Source: Anaerolinea sp.
Lineage (GTDB): Bacteria; Chloroflexota; Anaerolineae; JAAEKA01
Assembly (NCBI GenBank): GCA_014879765.1
Contig: JACSRL010000495.1
Location: 1 to 54,711 of the forward strand
Direction: 5' to 3'
DNA length: 54,711 nt
Positions 27,892 to 38,600 of the stretch are shown here, piece by piece. Under the pieces are notes generated by a model that worked only from the letters and a program-made list of their open reading frames with translations, did no database searches and was not told the DNA's origin. How positions within the stretch are numbered: position 1 is the stretch's first letter; every line of letters begins with the position of its first letter. The translations under genes were made by a program, and so were the position numbers.

Positions 27892-28656
27892 TCAGGGGAT
27901 ATCAGGTTGATGTATTGAGGCATTCTCGTTATCGGACCGCGACATCCGATCTTCTGTCACCAGGTTGTTGATCGTTTCCCGGCCAGGCTGATAGATGCCA
28001 TCGAGTAAGGGCAAGGCCCAGAATATCAACGCGAAGCTGCCCAGTAAACCGGTGACCAAGCGCAGGATAGCGTTGAAGGAACTCCAGGCGTCCCCGGCGT
28101 AGAAGGTGGCCGGCAACGCGTTGCCGGTCAGCGCGGCCAGCCAGGCGTTGGTCTCCCGGAAGCCCACGCCGATGCCGGCCAGATCGCTGACCATGTGTGT
28201 CATGCCGTCCAAAGCAAGGGGCAGAAGCAACACCAGCAGCCAACGCCAGCTCAAGCGCCAACTGCTCCGCCTGATCGGGCCGCGCAACAGGACATAGAAC
28301 AGACTGAAGAGGAAGAGACCACCGTAGAAGCTGACCATGCGGTCGGACCAGGCCAGTTTCCAGCCCATGTCGGCCGTGCCGACGAAGCCGCGCAGCCCCC
28401 AGACCGTCGCGGGTTCCGGCCAAACAGCCTGGACCTCGGCCAGGGAATAGCTCAGCTTGGGGCCGAAGAAGAACCAGGAGCGCTGCGGCATCTGGTGGCA
28501 GAAGGCGGCATAGAGCGTATAGATCAGCCGGCCGGGGCCGGTCCAGCCCCAATGCATGAAGAGCGGGGCCAGCCAGGGCGTCAGCGTCCAAACGCCCAGC
28601 GCCAGGATGAGAAGGGCTAGCCAACGGCGTCGGATAGTTTCATCGAGTCGAGCCAT
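27892..28656 (-). CDS. DUF2085 family membrane protein (254 aa)
   Basis: ORF 27892..28986 trimmed to ATG 28656. Motif AFCHQMPQRSWFFFG. Multiple TM segments. Confidence 0.75.
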   Translation of the reverse strand: MARLDETIRRRWLALLILALGVWTLTPWLAPLFMHWGWTGPGRLIYTLYAAFCHQMPQRSWFFFGPKLSYSLAEVQAVWPEPATVWGLRGFVGTADMGWKLAWSDRMVSFYGGLFLFSLFYVLLRGPIRRSSWRLSWRWLLVLLLPLALDGMTHMVSDLAGIGVGFRETNAWLAALTGNALPATFYAGDAWSSFNAILRLVTGLLGSFALIFWALPLLDGIYQPGRETINNLVTEDRMSRSDNENASIHQPDIP

Positions 28657-28660
28657 GATG

Positions 28661-29068
28661 TCAGGGGCTTTGCAGCGGATCGAACGCGCTGCTGGCCTGC
28701 TGGCGTTCGAGCTGTACAGGTGTCCACAGCGTGTGCAGGTAGGTGATGACCGCGACGATTTCCTTCGGGCTGAGCTGGTCGCCCAGGGCCGGCATGACCG
28801 CGCCGCCGTCGCGGATGAGGCGCTGGATCTGGCCATCCGGGTGATGCCAGGCGTGTTCCGTAGGGTCCAGCGCCGGCGCTTTGTATTGGTTGGCGTACCC
28901 CTCGCCGTCAGGGCCATGGCAGGCTGCGCAGGTGCGCAGGTAGACGTCGCGGCCAAGGGAGTTTCCGGCAACAGGTTGCTGCGCATTGGCGCCCGTTGCC
29001 GGCAGTTCTTGTCCGCGAGCGCAGCCAGCCAGGACCAGCAACGACAGCAGCACGATGGCTCTTCTCAC
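28661..29068 (-). CDS. c-type cytochrome lipoprotein (135 aa)
   Basis: Lipobox LLVLAGC. Heme motif CAACHGPDGEG. Distal Met region GGAVMPALG. Confidence 0.8.
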   Translation of the reverse strand: MRRAIVLLSLLVLAGCARGQELPATGANAQQPVAGNSLGRDVYLRTCAACHGPDGEGYANQYKAPALDPTEHAWHHPDGQIQRLIRDGGAVMPALGDQLSPKEIVAVITYLHTLWTPVQLERQQASSAFDPLQSP

Positions 29069-29092
29069 TATCTCAGACCTCCAGACACCAAA

Positions 29093-31225
29093 TCACGCCG
29101 CCGTCACGCCCAGTTTGACACGGCGCAAAAGCTGGGCATTGACGGCGACAATGATGGTGCTCAACGACATGAACAGCGCACCCACTGCCGGGGAGAGCAG
29201 GATGCCGAAGGCCGGATAGAGCACGCCGGCCGCCAGCGGGATGGCGATCACATTGTAGCCTGTGGCCCAGACCAGGTTCTCGATCATCTTGCGGTAGCTG
29301 GCCCGGCTTAGCTCGAAGATCTTGACCACGTCCAGCGGGTTGCTCTGCACCAGGATGATGCCCGCCGACTCCACGGCCACGTCGGTGCCGCTGCCGATGG
29401 CGATCCCAACATTGGCCCGCGTCAGGGCTGGCGCATCGTTGACGCCGTCGCCGACCATAGCCACCCGCCTGCCCTGGGCCTGCAACTCCGCCACCTTCTG
29501 GTCCTTGTGCTCCGGCAGCACTTCGGCGAAGACCTGGTCGATGCCCAGTTCGTCGGCCACGGCTTGGGCCACGGCCTGGCTGTCGCCAGTGAGCATGGCC
29601 ACCTGCACGCCCAGCTCGTGCAGCCGCTGCACAGCTTGCCGGCTTTCGGGCCGGATAACATCGGCCAGGGCGAAGGCGGCGGCGATCTGGCCATCATGCA
29701 CCAGGTAGATCACGCTCTGGCCTTTGCGCCCGGCTTCCTGCGTGAAGGCAGCGATGGGACCGGCAAGGCGCAGTTCCAGCATCTCCAACAGGCGGGGGCC
29801 GCCGGCGTAAGCGGTTTGACCATTCACGCTGGCTCGGACGCCACGGCCTTTGAGCGCCTCGAAGCTGCTTACCGCGGGCAGGGCCAGCTCGCGCTCGGCC
29901 GCGGTCTGGCGGATGGCTTTGGCTACCATGTGCTCAGAGTCGCCTTCGATGGCTGCCGCCAGCGCCAGGGCATCCTGTTCCGTCCAATTGTCAGCGGCCT
30001 TGACGCCCACCACACCGAACTCGCCCTTGGTCAGCGTGCCGGTCTTGTCGAAGATCACCACGTCCAGATTGCGAGCCTCTTCCAGAGCCAGACGGTCCCG
30101 GACCAGGATGCCGTTGTTGGCGGCCAGGCCGGTGCTGATGGCCACCACCAGCGGGATCGCCAGACCCAGCGCGTGGGGGCAGGCGATGACCAGCACAGTA
30201 GCCACGCGTGTGACCACTTCTACGTTGAAGCCAGCGCCGATGGTCCAGGCGATGGCCGTCAGGAAGGCGGCGGCCAGCGCGATGTAAAACAGCCAGCCAG
30301 CGGCCCTGTCAGCCAGGATCTGGGTGCGGGATTTGCTCTGCTGAGCCTGTTCCACCAGGCGCATGATCCCGGCCAGGGTTGTCTGATCGCCGGTAGCGCC
30401 GACCCGGATGCGCAGGCTGCCGTCGCCATTGATCGTTCCTGCAATCGCTTTGTCCCCAGGCCGCTTCTTGACCGGCTTAGACTCGCCGGTGATCATGGCC
30501 TGGTTGACGTCGGACTCGCCCTCTTCCACCAGGCCATCGACCGGAATGCTGGCGCCGGGCCGCACCAGTACCAGATCGTCCGTGCCCAGGTCGCCGGTGG
30601 AGATGGTCTCGACGCGGCCATCCGGGCCGATGCGCTCGGCTTCGTCGGGCATCAGCCGGGCCAGTTCCTGCAAGGCGCCGGAGGCCTGGCGCACGCTGCG
30701 CATCTCCAGCCAGTGGCCCAGCAGCATGATGTCGATCAGCGTGACCAGCTCCCAGAAGAAGCCCCCCTGAGGATCGACCAACAGCGCGATCAGGCTATAG
30801 GCGTAGGCGACGATGATGGCCAGGGAAATCAGGGTCATCATCCCCGGCTGGCGGTTGCGCAGCTCGGGCCGGGCCATCTGCAGGAAAGGCAGGCCGCCGT
30901 AGAAGAACACGATCGTGGCGAACACCGGTCCAATCCACCGGCTGCCGGGGAACTCTGGCATGGTGAAACCAAACCAGCCCTGCAGCATGGGGCTGTAGAG
31001 CAACACCGGGATGCTCAAGAGCAGCGAGACCCAGAAGCGGTTGCGGAACATGAGCTCGTGGCCGCTGTGGTCGACCCCGTGGCCATCGTGGCCATCGTGG
31101 CCGGCCCCGCTCGTGGGCGCGCCGTGATCCATGGCATGGCCGGCGTGGGGATCGCTGTGGCCAGCGTGGATATCGTGGCTCTGTGTGTGACCGGTGTGGT
31201 TCACCGGCCTGTGATCGTGATCCAT
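29093..31225 (-). CDS. copB: copper-translocating P1B-type ATPase, CopB-like (His-rich N-terminus, CPH motif)
   Basis: ORF trimmed to ATG 31225, preceded by AAAGGAA. His-rich start [35 protein letters not shown]. Motifs [26 protein letters not shown] and [12 protein letters not shown]. Confidence 0.9.
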   Translation of the reverse strand: MDHDHRPVNHTGHTQSHDIHAGHSDPHAGHAMDHGAPTSGAGHDGHDGHGVDHSGHELMFRNRFWVSLLLSIPVLLYSPMLQGWFGFTMPEFPGSRWIGPVFATIVFFYGGLPFLQMARPELRNRQPGMMTLISLAIIVAYAYSLIALLVDPQGGFFWELVTLIDIMLLGHWLEMRSVRQASGALQELARLMPDEAERIGPDGRVETISTGDLGTDDLVLVRPGASIPVDGLVEEGESDVNQAMITGESKPVKKRPGDKAIAGTINGDGSLRIRVGATGDQTTLAGIMRLVEQAQQSKSRTQILADRAAGWLFYIALAAAFLTAIAWTIGAGFNVEVVTRVATVLVIACPHALGLAIPLVVAISTGLAANNGILVRDRLALEEARNLDVVIFDKTGTLTKGEFGVVGVKAADNWTEQDALALAAAIEGDSEHMVAKAIRQTAAERELALPAVSSFEALKGRGVRASVNGQTAYAGGPRLLEMLELRLAGPIAAFTQEAGRKGQSVIYLVHDGQIAAAFALADVIRPESRQAVQRLHELGVQVAMLTGDSQAVAQAVADELGIDQVFAEVLPEHKDQKVAELQAQGRRVAMVGDGVNDAPALTRANVGIAIGSGTDVAVESAGIILVQSNPLDVVKIFELSRASYRKMIENLVWATGYNVIAIPLAAGVLYPAFGILLSPAVGALFMSLSTIIVAVNAQLLRRVKLGVTAA

Positions 31226-31230
31226 TTCCT

Positions 31231-31629
31231 TTACTGCACCGGCAAGATGACATCCTGGCGGAGGAGCAGGCCGTCTTCGTTGCGCACCTCCACTGTTACT
31301 TTCCATTCGCCGCTCATGGAGAAGGGCGCAAAAGTTGCGTAGCGTCCTTCTCCCTGTTCGATGGCCTCGCCCTGCATTACACCCATGCTGTGGCCGACCA
31401 TGTCGGCGAGGATGTTGACGGTGGCCCCGGTCAGCGGCTGGCCGCCCGCGTCCAGGGCGTCGATAATTAGTTCAGTCTGCACGTTGCTGGTGGGTGGACT
31501 AGGGTTGGTGCTGAGGCTGATCTGCGGCTGGCCAGAGCCGGCCGGGGTCGGTGTGGCTGCCGGCGCGCAGGCGCTGATCAGGAGGACGGCAACCATCAGC
31601 ACAGTGAAGATGAGAGACTTGAGTTGCAT
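31231..31629 (-). CDS. YtkA/FixH-like lipoprotein (132 aa)
   Basis: ORF trimmed to ATG 31629, preceded by GAAGGAAA. Lipobox LLISAC. C-terminal beta-rich region [21 protein letters not shown]. Immediately upstream of copB. Confidence 0.6.
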   Translation of the reverse strand: MQLKSLIFTVLMVAVLLISACAPAATPTPAGSGQPQISLSTNPSPPTSNVQTELIIDALDAGGQPLTGATVNILADMVGHSMGVMQGEAIEQGEGRYATFAPFSMSGEWKVTVEVRNEDGLLLRQDVILPVQ

Positions 31630-31681
31630 CACATTTCCTTCTATAGGCATTAGGTCTACCACGAGACGTAAGGTTGATTCC

Positions 31682-31726
31682 CAGCAAGCGCTGCAAAGCC
31701 CCTCTGAGGCGTTGCAGCGCTTGCTG
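31682..31726. repeat. 15-bp-stem intercistronic hairpin
   Basis: CAGCAAGCGCTGCAA, a 15-nt loop, then TTGCAGCGCTTGCTG. Confidence 0.8.
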
Positions 31727-31767
31727 CGGGCGAAGGGTGACCCTTCAACAGCAAGGCGAGCGCCAGC

Positions 31768-32136
31768 CTAACTTGCCAGAGCCATGATGACCATCTGGGC
31801 GTGCATGATCATGTGTTCGGCGTGCATGGGGTCGATATGCACACCCGCCTGTGCCTGTACCTGATTGACAAAAGCATTCAGCAGGTTGATCGCCACATCC
31901 GGTTGGCCGCGATCCAGGGCAGCTTGCGCGCCGTCGAGCTTTGCCTGCAACGCATTGGCAATGTCAGCGTTGGTGATATGTCCCATCTCCAGCGCGTGGT
32001 GGACGCAGTGCTGGAGCGACTCGACGGTGTTCATCTCATGAGCACACATGTGTTCTTCGCTGGCAAAGGCCGGCGCCGCCAAGGCGGCGGTGAGCAAGGC
32101 AAGAAGAAGAAAGACAGACAACATCCGATTACGCAC
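31768..32136 (-). CDS. secreted His/Met-rich helical protein (FIMAH-like segment)
   Basis: Signal peptide MRNRMLSVFLLLALLTAALAAPAFA. Segments EEHMCAHEM, HCVHHALEMGH, LQAKLDGAQAALDRGQPDVAINLLNAFVNQVQAQAG and HIDPMHAEHMIMHAQM. Confidence 0.6.
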   Translation of the reverse strand: MRNRMLSVFLLLALLTAALAAPAFASEEHMCAHEMNTVESLQHCVHHALEMGHITNADIANALQAKLDGAQAALDRGQPDVAINLLNAFVNQVQAQAGVHIDPMHAEHMIMHAQMVIMALAS

Positions 32137-32190
32137 AATAGACCTCCTTGTTGGTCCAGGTTTGATTGGGGTCGCAAGGTTGCGACCTAT

Positions 32191-33291
32191 TTACGCTTCT
32201 ACCTCGATCATCATCATCAGACCGCCTGGCTCCTCGCCGTCGTTGGTGGTGTGATGCGAGATGTGGCAGTGTAGCATCCATACGCCTGGCTCGGTGGCGA
32301 CGAACTCGATGTCGTAGCGTTCGCCGGGAGCCACCGACACCGTATCCTTGGTCAGTTGTGCCCCCTCCGGCACAGGGTGGCCGTCGGTCGCCACAATCTT
32401 AAACGGCACACCGTGCAGGTGCATGGGATGGATGAACTGGCCTACGGCGACAAAGCGCAGCCTCACCTTGTCGCCTACCTTGACCTTAAGGGTCTCGGTG
32501 GCCGGAAACGCTTTGCCGTTGATGGTGAAGTAGTTCGGGTCCATGCCGCCCATGGGCATGGCGCCGAAGGTTTGGTTGTTGACAAAGCGCCACTCGTTGA
32601 GCACCAGCACCTGGTCCACGTCGGGCGGGTCCGCTTCAGGCGTCGCCGGGTCGATGATGAACGCCCCGTGCAGCCCAGCGCCGATCTGGATGTCTGGCTC
32701 GACGTGGCTGTGATACCAGTAGGTGCCAGCCGGCTTGGCCTCGAACTCGTAAACGAAGGTCTCACCGGGCGCAATCGGCGGCTGGGTCACATCCGGCACG
32801 CCGTCCATGGCGTTGGGCACCGCGATGCCGTGCCAGTGGATCGTGGTATCATCGGGTAGGTCGTTGCGCACGATGAAACGCACGCGGTCGCCCTCGGTGA
32901 CGCGGATCAGCGGGCCGGGCACCATGCCGTTGTAGGTCCAGGCCACCTGTTCGACGCCATCCAGAAAGGTCCAGCGCACAGGCTGGGCAGTGATCTCGAA
33001 AACCTTAACGCCGTCTTCCTCACGATAGGGCAGAGGCTGGTTGCCTTGGCTCACCGTCGCTGCCGGAACGTCCTTGTCAGGCAGGGCAGCCATCATATGG
33101 GCCATGCCTGGTGAGATGGTGGGTGCAGTCATCATGCTGGGCATCGGCGTCGGGGCTGCCGCAAGAGCAGATTCTGCCTGCGGCGAGGATCCCGCCGCGC
33201 AGCCCGCCAAGGCCACTACCGTCACCACCAGCAAACCAAGCCACAGAAAATGTCGATTGATTTTTACCACCGTCGTTTCGCCTCCTACCAT
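32191..33291 (-). CDS. small (two-domain-size) multicopper oxidase lipoprotein
   Basis: Copper ligand motifs HWHG, WYHSH, HPMHLHG and HCHISHH. Lipobox ALAGC. An alternative GTG start at 33270 follows GGAGG. Confidence 0.85.
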   Translation of the reverse strand: MVGGETTVVKINRHFLWLGLLVVTVVALAGCAAGSSPQAESALAAAPTPMPSMMTAPTISPGMAHMMAALPDKDVPAATVSQGNQPLPYREEDGVKVFEITAQPVRWTFLDGVEQVAWTYNGMVPGPLIRVTEGDRVRFIVRNDLPDDTTIHWHGIAVPNAMDGVPDVTQPPIAPGETFVYEFEAKPAGTYWYHSHVEPDIQIGAGLHGAFIIDPATPEADPPDVDQVLVLNEWRFVNNQTFGAMPMGGMDPNYFTINGKAFPATETLKVKVGDKVRLRFVAVGQFIHPMHLHGVPFKIVATDGHPVPEGAQLTKDTVSVAPGERYDIEFVATEPGVWMLHCHISHHTTNDGEEPGGLMMMIEVEA

Positions 33292-33537
33292 CTATCTCAG
33301 TTGCTCGCGCATCTCTTGGAACTCAGTTGTGGAAATTTCGCCCTGGGCATAGCGTCGCTTGAGGATCTCCTCGGGCGACGCCGGGACCTCGCTGCGGTCG
33401 CTGCCGTCCGGCGGCGACCAAGCTCGGGTCGTCTGCGGGAAAAGACGGCTGATCAGCCAGACGGCGCCGGCAATGATCAGCACCCAGAACAGAATCATGA
33501 AAATCAGGCCGAAGCCTCCAAAACCCATACCCATCAT
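33292..33537 (-). CDS. SHOCT-domain membrane protein (81 aa)
   Basis: N-terminal TM helix. C-terminal ILKRRYAQGEISTTEFQEMREQL. Confidence 0.75.
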   Translation of the reverse strand: MMGMGFGGFGLIFMILFWVLIIAGAVWLISRLFPQTTRAWSPPDGSDRSEVPASPEEILKRRYAQGEISTTEFQEMREQLR

Positions 33538-33660
33538 GGCCGGTTACCTCCTTTCGCACGAAACTGCGTGCTGCGGACGACTTGTTGACAGGCCCCAGTA
33601 TAGTCCCCGATGTTGACAGATCAATGAAGCGAATATGACAGTTGTGTGAAGGCGTCGTAG

Positions 33661-33697
33661 AGGCGCCCGGCACTTGACCCCAAAGTGCCGGGCGCCT
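33661..33697. repeat. REP-like hairpin with GCCCGGCACT core downstream of the kinase gene
   Basis: AGGCGCCCGGCACT, loop TGACCCCAA, then AGTGCCGGGCGCCT. Confidence 0.8.
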
Positions 33698-33704
33698 GTC
33701 AACG

Positions 33705-34816
33705 CTAGGACGTGAGAGGCAAGGTGAAGAAAAAGCTGCTGCCCTGGCCAGGGCCGGGGCTCTCTGCCCAAATGCGGCCGCCGTGAGCTTCCACCAGGTG
33801 TTTGCTGATGGTCAGGCCGATGCCGCTGCCGCCGCCGGCCCTTGAGCGCGATTTGTCCACCCGATAAAAGCGCTCGAAGACGTGGGGCAAATCGCCCCTG
33901 GCGATGCCGATGCCGTTGTCTGTGATGGCGACCAACACATGGTCATGCTGGCGGCTGGCCCGGACGACGACTGCGCCGCCCGGCGGCGTGTACTGCAAGG
34001 CGTTGCCCAGCAGGTTGAGCAGCACCTGCATGATGCGGCCTGGATCGACGAACACGGCGGGCAAGTCTGCACCCGCGGCGCTTGTCAAGCTGACGTCCTT
34101 GTCCTCGAACTGAGGCCCTAGCCGTTCGACCGCGGCGTCGATCAATGCAGAGATCGCGCTTCCTTGGCATTTGATCGGGATCTGGCCGGCTTCGGCCCGG
34201 CTCAGTTCCTCCAGGTCTTGCACCAGGCGCTGCAAACGCGCCGTCTCGCGCTGGGCGCTCAAAAAGGTAGCCGCTTCAGGCGCCACAACGCCATCGGTCA
34301 GGGCTTCCAGGGTGCTGCGGATGCTGCTTAACGGCGTGCGCAACTCGTGGGCGACGTTGCCGATCAGCTCCAGGCGGCGCTGCTCGGTCTGTTCCAGGGC
34401 CTCGGCCATGCGGTTGAAAGACATAGCCAGATCACCCAGTTCATCAGGGCTGATCGCCTGGACGCGTTGATGATAATCCCCGCCGGCGATGCGCCGGCTG
34501 GCCTGCGTCATGGCTTGCAGCGGCCCAATGATACGCCGGGTGGTGATAGCGCTGACAATCACGGCGGCAGCAATGCCGGCCAGCGTCGCCACCAGGATGA
34601 CCTCGTTGACCGCAGCGTGGAAGCTGGCGTTCAGATCGGACGCCTGTTGCGGCCCGCCGCGCAACGCTGCCTCCATATCAGCGATGTGGTGTTGGATGGC
34701 GGTTACCGCGTGGAAGTTGGCTGTCGCCGCCAGCACGACAAAAGCAACCGCAATGATCAGCAAATAGGAGATGAGAAGCTTCCATCCCAGGCTGCGGCGC
34801 AGCGCGTCCAGTAGCT

Positions 34817-34820
<4 letters not shown>
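33705..34820 (-). CDS. sensor histidine kinase (TM-HAMP-HisKA-HATPase)
   Basis: H-box VAHELRTPLSSI. N-box LLNLLGNALQYTP. G-boxes DNGIGI and GGSGIGL. Confidence 0.9.
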
Positions 34821-35506
<686 letters not shown>

Positions 35507-35658
35507 AGGGAGCAGTATAGCATGATGCAGAGAACTTGGGAAGCGATTGAGCGCTGAAGCGCCGGGCGCTTGATCGATCAAACACCCGGCGCTTTTGACT
35601 GGGCAGCCGCAAGCCAGCGACTTCACCCAATCATGCAGTTACCCAGTCACCCAGTCCC

Positions 35659-36513
35659 TCACTCATGTTCGCCGGTCATCTCGACAAAGTCGCCATGCCA
35701 GCTGTGATACCAAACCTGGCCCGTGGAACCGTTGACGCTGAGCATTCCGCTGATCTCGCCATCGGTCAGCGTGTGAATGGTGTAGTAGCCGTAGAAAGGC
35801 TCGGCCTCGTCGCCGGCCATCACGCCCGTCAGGTTTGCGTCCAGCCAATCCTGGGCCGCGACGATGGCTTCCCCAGAGCTGACAGCTACGTCGCCGCTGG
35901 GGAGACGGAAGCCGCCCATCATACCCCGACCCATCATGCCCATGCCGCCCTGGACCATGTGGCCATACTTTGCGTTCCACATCATGTTCGGGCCGGGCTC
36001 TGGATGGACGGCGCCGCTAACGGGATCGATCAGCAGTTCCATGGCCCCAATGCCGGTGCTCGTTTCGTGAACTTCGACGTAGAAGTTGTTGCTGAACTGC
36101 ATGATCTCAGCGATCTCCAGATCGGGGTTGCCGTAATCGCTCAGGTATTGCTCGGCAACCGCCTGGGCGTCATCCAGAGTCAACGACTGGCCCGTGGGAT
36201 TGGCCTGACCCCACAGCGGGCACTGCGAGGGATCCATCGCGCCTGGACCCCAGCCATGGCCACCCATCATGCCCATGCCGAAACGACCCATCATACCTCT
36301 GACACCATTCCAGAAGCCGCCGCCCATCATGTCAGAACCACAGTCAGTCGGAGCAGACTGGCTCCAGTTGCCGTTGCCCATCATGCCTTGGCCCCAATTG
36401 CTGCCGGAGCGCCAGGGCATCTGCCCCTGAGCCAGCGCAGCGCCGGCCAGCAAACCCACCAACAACAGCGCGGCCAGGCTGGCGCTGAACAGGGTTTTTG
36501 TTTTCTTGCTCAT
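35659..36513 (-). CDS. secreted Met/Gly-rich protein with two PepSY-like modules
   Basis: Start at ATG 36513 or 36516, after GGAGG. Signal peptide KTLFSASLAALLLVGLLAGAALAQG. Repeated MMG/GMG blocks (GQGMMGNGNW, GMMGRFGMGMMGGHGWG, GGMGMMGRGMMGG). Confidence 0.65.
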   Translation of the reverse strand: MSKKTKTLFSASLAALLLVGLLAGAALAQGQMPWRSGSNWGQGMMGNGNWSQSAPTDCGSDMMGGGFWNGVRGMMGRFGMGMMGGHGWGPGAMDPSQCPLWGQANPTGQSLTLDDAQAVAEQYLSDYGNPDLEIAEIMQFSNNFYVEVHETSTGIGAMELLIDPVSGAVHPEPGPNMMWNAKYGHMVQGGMGMMGRGMMGGFRLPSGDVAVSSGEAIVAAQDWLDANLTGVMAGDEAEPFYGYYTIHTLTDGEISGMLSVNGSTGQVWYHSWHGDFVEMTGEHE

Positions 36514-36880
36514 CATTACCTCCATCGGTGTGTCGGCCGGCTGCTCTAGCGGAGCAAGCCGGTGTTGATGCGTCAGTGTCCTCATTCTATGCCCGCATTA
36601 TGACAGAAATGTGAAGGCCCAATGGACGTTGCGTAACAAAAAAGCCAGAATCTGTTGTGGTCAGAGACATTGTGCATTGAATGATCGCGAGGCGTCCCGC
36701 CGGGTTGGCTGCGAGTCAGCCGCCAGAGCCGGGCGGGGCGCCCTGGAGATCGTGGAATCGCTGCATCATCTATCTGACCACAACAAAAGACGGGAAATCA
36801 AGGGACCGGGGGAGCTTAGGGAGCTGGTGGCACGGAGCCGTTCAAGTTCCACCGAGCTCCCCTGGGTTCCTCTCCGCTCC

Positions 36881-37213
36881 TCACAGCGCCGGCGGCAAGA
36901 TACCCACCGCGTACAAAATAGCCTCGACCTGCCAGGTGGCCAGGCGATAGCACACCCGCTGCCCTTTGGGATCGCCGGTCACCAGACCAGCCTGGCGCAG
37001 GACGGCCAGTTGCTGCGAGACGTAGGGCTGCGGCCGGCCGCACAGGCTGACCAAGGTGTTGACGTCGCAGACCTGCCCGCCGGCCAACGCCACTAGCAAG
37101 CGCAGCCGGCAGGGATGGGACAGCGTATGAAAGATGGATGCCGCCTGCTGCAGCGCAGCTTCCTCGATGGAGGGGGCTACCAGTTCCGTCGCAGTGTCGG
37201 CAATGCACGCCAT
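36881..37213 (-). CDS. ArsR/SmtB-family transcriptional regulator (110 aa)
   Basis: ORF trimmed to ATG 37213, preceded by GAGGAGGA. Motifs FHTLSHPCRLRLLVAL and PQPYVSQQLAVLRQAGLV. Confidence 0.85.
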   Translation of the reverse strand: MACIADTATELVAPSIEEAALQQAASIFHTLSHPCRLRLLVALAGGQVCDVNTLVSLCGRPQPYVSQQLAVLRQAGLVTGDPKGQRVCYRLATWQVEAILYAVGILPPAL

Positions 37214-37262
37214 CTCAGAAGTCCTCCTCGTCGTTTCAGGAGAAGCCAGGCAGCACGTCAGG

Positions 37263-38315
37263 TTATTCATCGTCGTCAGTCGCCGCAATGGCCTGCACGG
37301 CTGGTTCGATGCTCAGCAACAGCAAGAGCGTGATGATCACAGCCGAGGTCAGGCACCAGATGCAGACCGCCCGGATCACGAAGGGCTCCAGGTAGGTCAG
37401 GTAGAGCGAGAAGAGCACGCCGAACAGAGTGAAGACGAACAGGGCGATGGACGCCAGCTGGGCCAGGGCCTCGCTGCCGCGCCGGCTGACCAGCCAGGCC
37501 ACCAGGATGATCACGTAGCCCACGGCGCCCACCACGCCCACCGGTAGCACGCCGAAAAGGCGGGAGTAGGGGCTGCTCTGCACCGTGTTGCAGTCGCCCA
37601 CCGGTCCACAGACGGCCTCGACCATCTGGGTCTCGACGTAGGACAGGTACAGCGCCACGCCCAGCCCCAGCACAATCAGCAGTGGATAGAGCCAGGGCGC
37701 GCGCTGGGCCACCGCTCCGGCTACGCCGGATGCGCCGCGTGTCAGGCTGACCCCTGTGTAGATCAGCGACGCGACCATGCCAACCATGATGGCGATGGCG
37801 AGGCCAAAGCCGTTGGGCCGCACGGGCGCGATCGCCCCCAACTCCGCAGCGAAGTCAGCATCAAGCTGCAGCAGGCTGGGTTGCTCAGCGCCGCCAGCCG
37901 CCAGGGTTTGAGCCACCAGCGCCGGCATCTGCTGCGGGATCTGCTGCGAGCCGACCAGCACCTGCTCGTTCATGATCAACAAGGGCACGCCGACTTGCTC
38001 CTTGGGCACGCCGTGGGCCGCCGCTGTCGCGTAGAGTTGGTCGGTATCCTCCAGCGTCACGACTTCGATCAACTTGATCTCCAGTTGGCTGCCGTACTGC
38101 GCCTGCAAGGCGGGCAGCACGCCGTTCAACACATCCTCGCAGTGGCCGCAACCCTCCATCCAGTACATCACGCCGCGCGCCACCGGCGGCTGCGGCGCAG
38201 TCTCGCGTGCATCGATGGCGATCGGCGCGGCATACACAGGCAGCGGCGTTGCCGCCGCCATCGCCAGTGTCGCCACGCAGGCTAAAGCAATGCTCAAGAT
38301 CGTCCAGTTGCGCAA
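37263..38315 (-). CDS. thioredoxin-like domain fused to a VKOR (vitamin K epoxide reductase) family membrane domain
   Basis: Signal peptide. WMEGCGHCEDVL (CxxC). VKOR loop cysteines CGPVGDC and active-site CIWC within 4-5 TM helices. Confidence 0.8.
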   Translation of the reverse strand: MRNWTILSIALACVATLAMAAATPLPVYAAPIAIDARETAPQPPVARGVMYWMEGCGHCEDVLNGVLPALQAQYGSQLEIKLIEVVTLEDTDQLYATAAAHGVPKEQVGVPLLIMNEQVLVGSQQIPQQMPALVAQTLAAGGAEQPSLLQLDADFAAELGAIAPVRPNGFGLAIAIMVGMVASLIYTGVSLTRGASGVAGAVAQRAPWLYPLLIVLGLGVALYLSYVETQMVEAVCGPVGDCNTVQSSPYSRLFGVLPVGVVGAVGYVIILVAWLVSRRGSEALAQLASIALFVFTLFGVLFSLYLTYLEPFVIRAVCIWCLTSAVIITLLLLLSIEPAVQAIAATDDDE

Positions 38316-38316
38316 C

Positions 38317-38592
38317 TCAGCTTTCTCCTTGTTTTGGCTGTACGAACAGCGCTGCGGCCGCAGCCTCGTTCACCCGGCACTGCGGCTGGATCAACAGGTC
38401 GAAGGGATTGATCGCCTGGCCGTCGACCAGGATGCCGGGCGAGGATCGCAACTGGTAGCGCTCGGCCAGCGCCTGGCCCTCGTCACTCTCCAGGTCGATG
38501 CGGGTGAAGGGAATGGCGTGCTGTTCCAGGTAGCCCAGGATCTTACGGCTGCGCCGGCAGCCCTGGGCGGGAAGAATCGTGACTTCAGGCAT
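38317..38592 (-). CDS. glutaredoxin-like small protein with CxxS motif (91 aa)
   Basis: ORF trimmed to ATG 38592, preceded by AGGAAG. Motifs VTILPAQGCRRSRKILGYLEQHAIPFTRIDL and SSPGILVDGQ. Confidence 0.65.
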   Translation of the reverse strand: MPEVTILPAQGCRRSRKILGYLEQHAIPFTRIDLESDEGQALAERYQLRSSPGILVDGQAINPFDLLIQPQCRVNEAAAAALFVQPKQGES

Positions 38593-38600
38593 AAGTCTTC

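Noticed and set aside
29507-31342. 611-aa plus-strand ORF opposite the copB ATPase gene
   Set aside because: It is an antisense shadow ORF typical of GC-rich DNA. The translation is low-complexity (Gly/Ala/Arg/His-rich) with no motifs, while the minus strand carries a complete P-type ATPase with all signature motifs.
35559-35596. Plus-strand-looking terminator GCGCCGGG-N18-CCCGGCGC-TTTT between the Met-rich gene and the response regulator
   Set aside because: The T-run is on the plus strand, but no plus-strand gene ends nearby. On the coding (minus) strand it lacks a U-tract. It is kept only as one more intercistronic hairpin, not called as a terminator.
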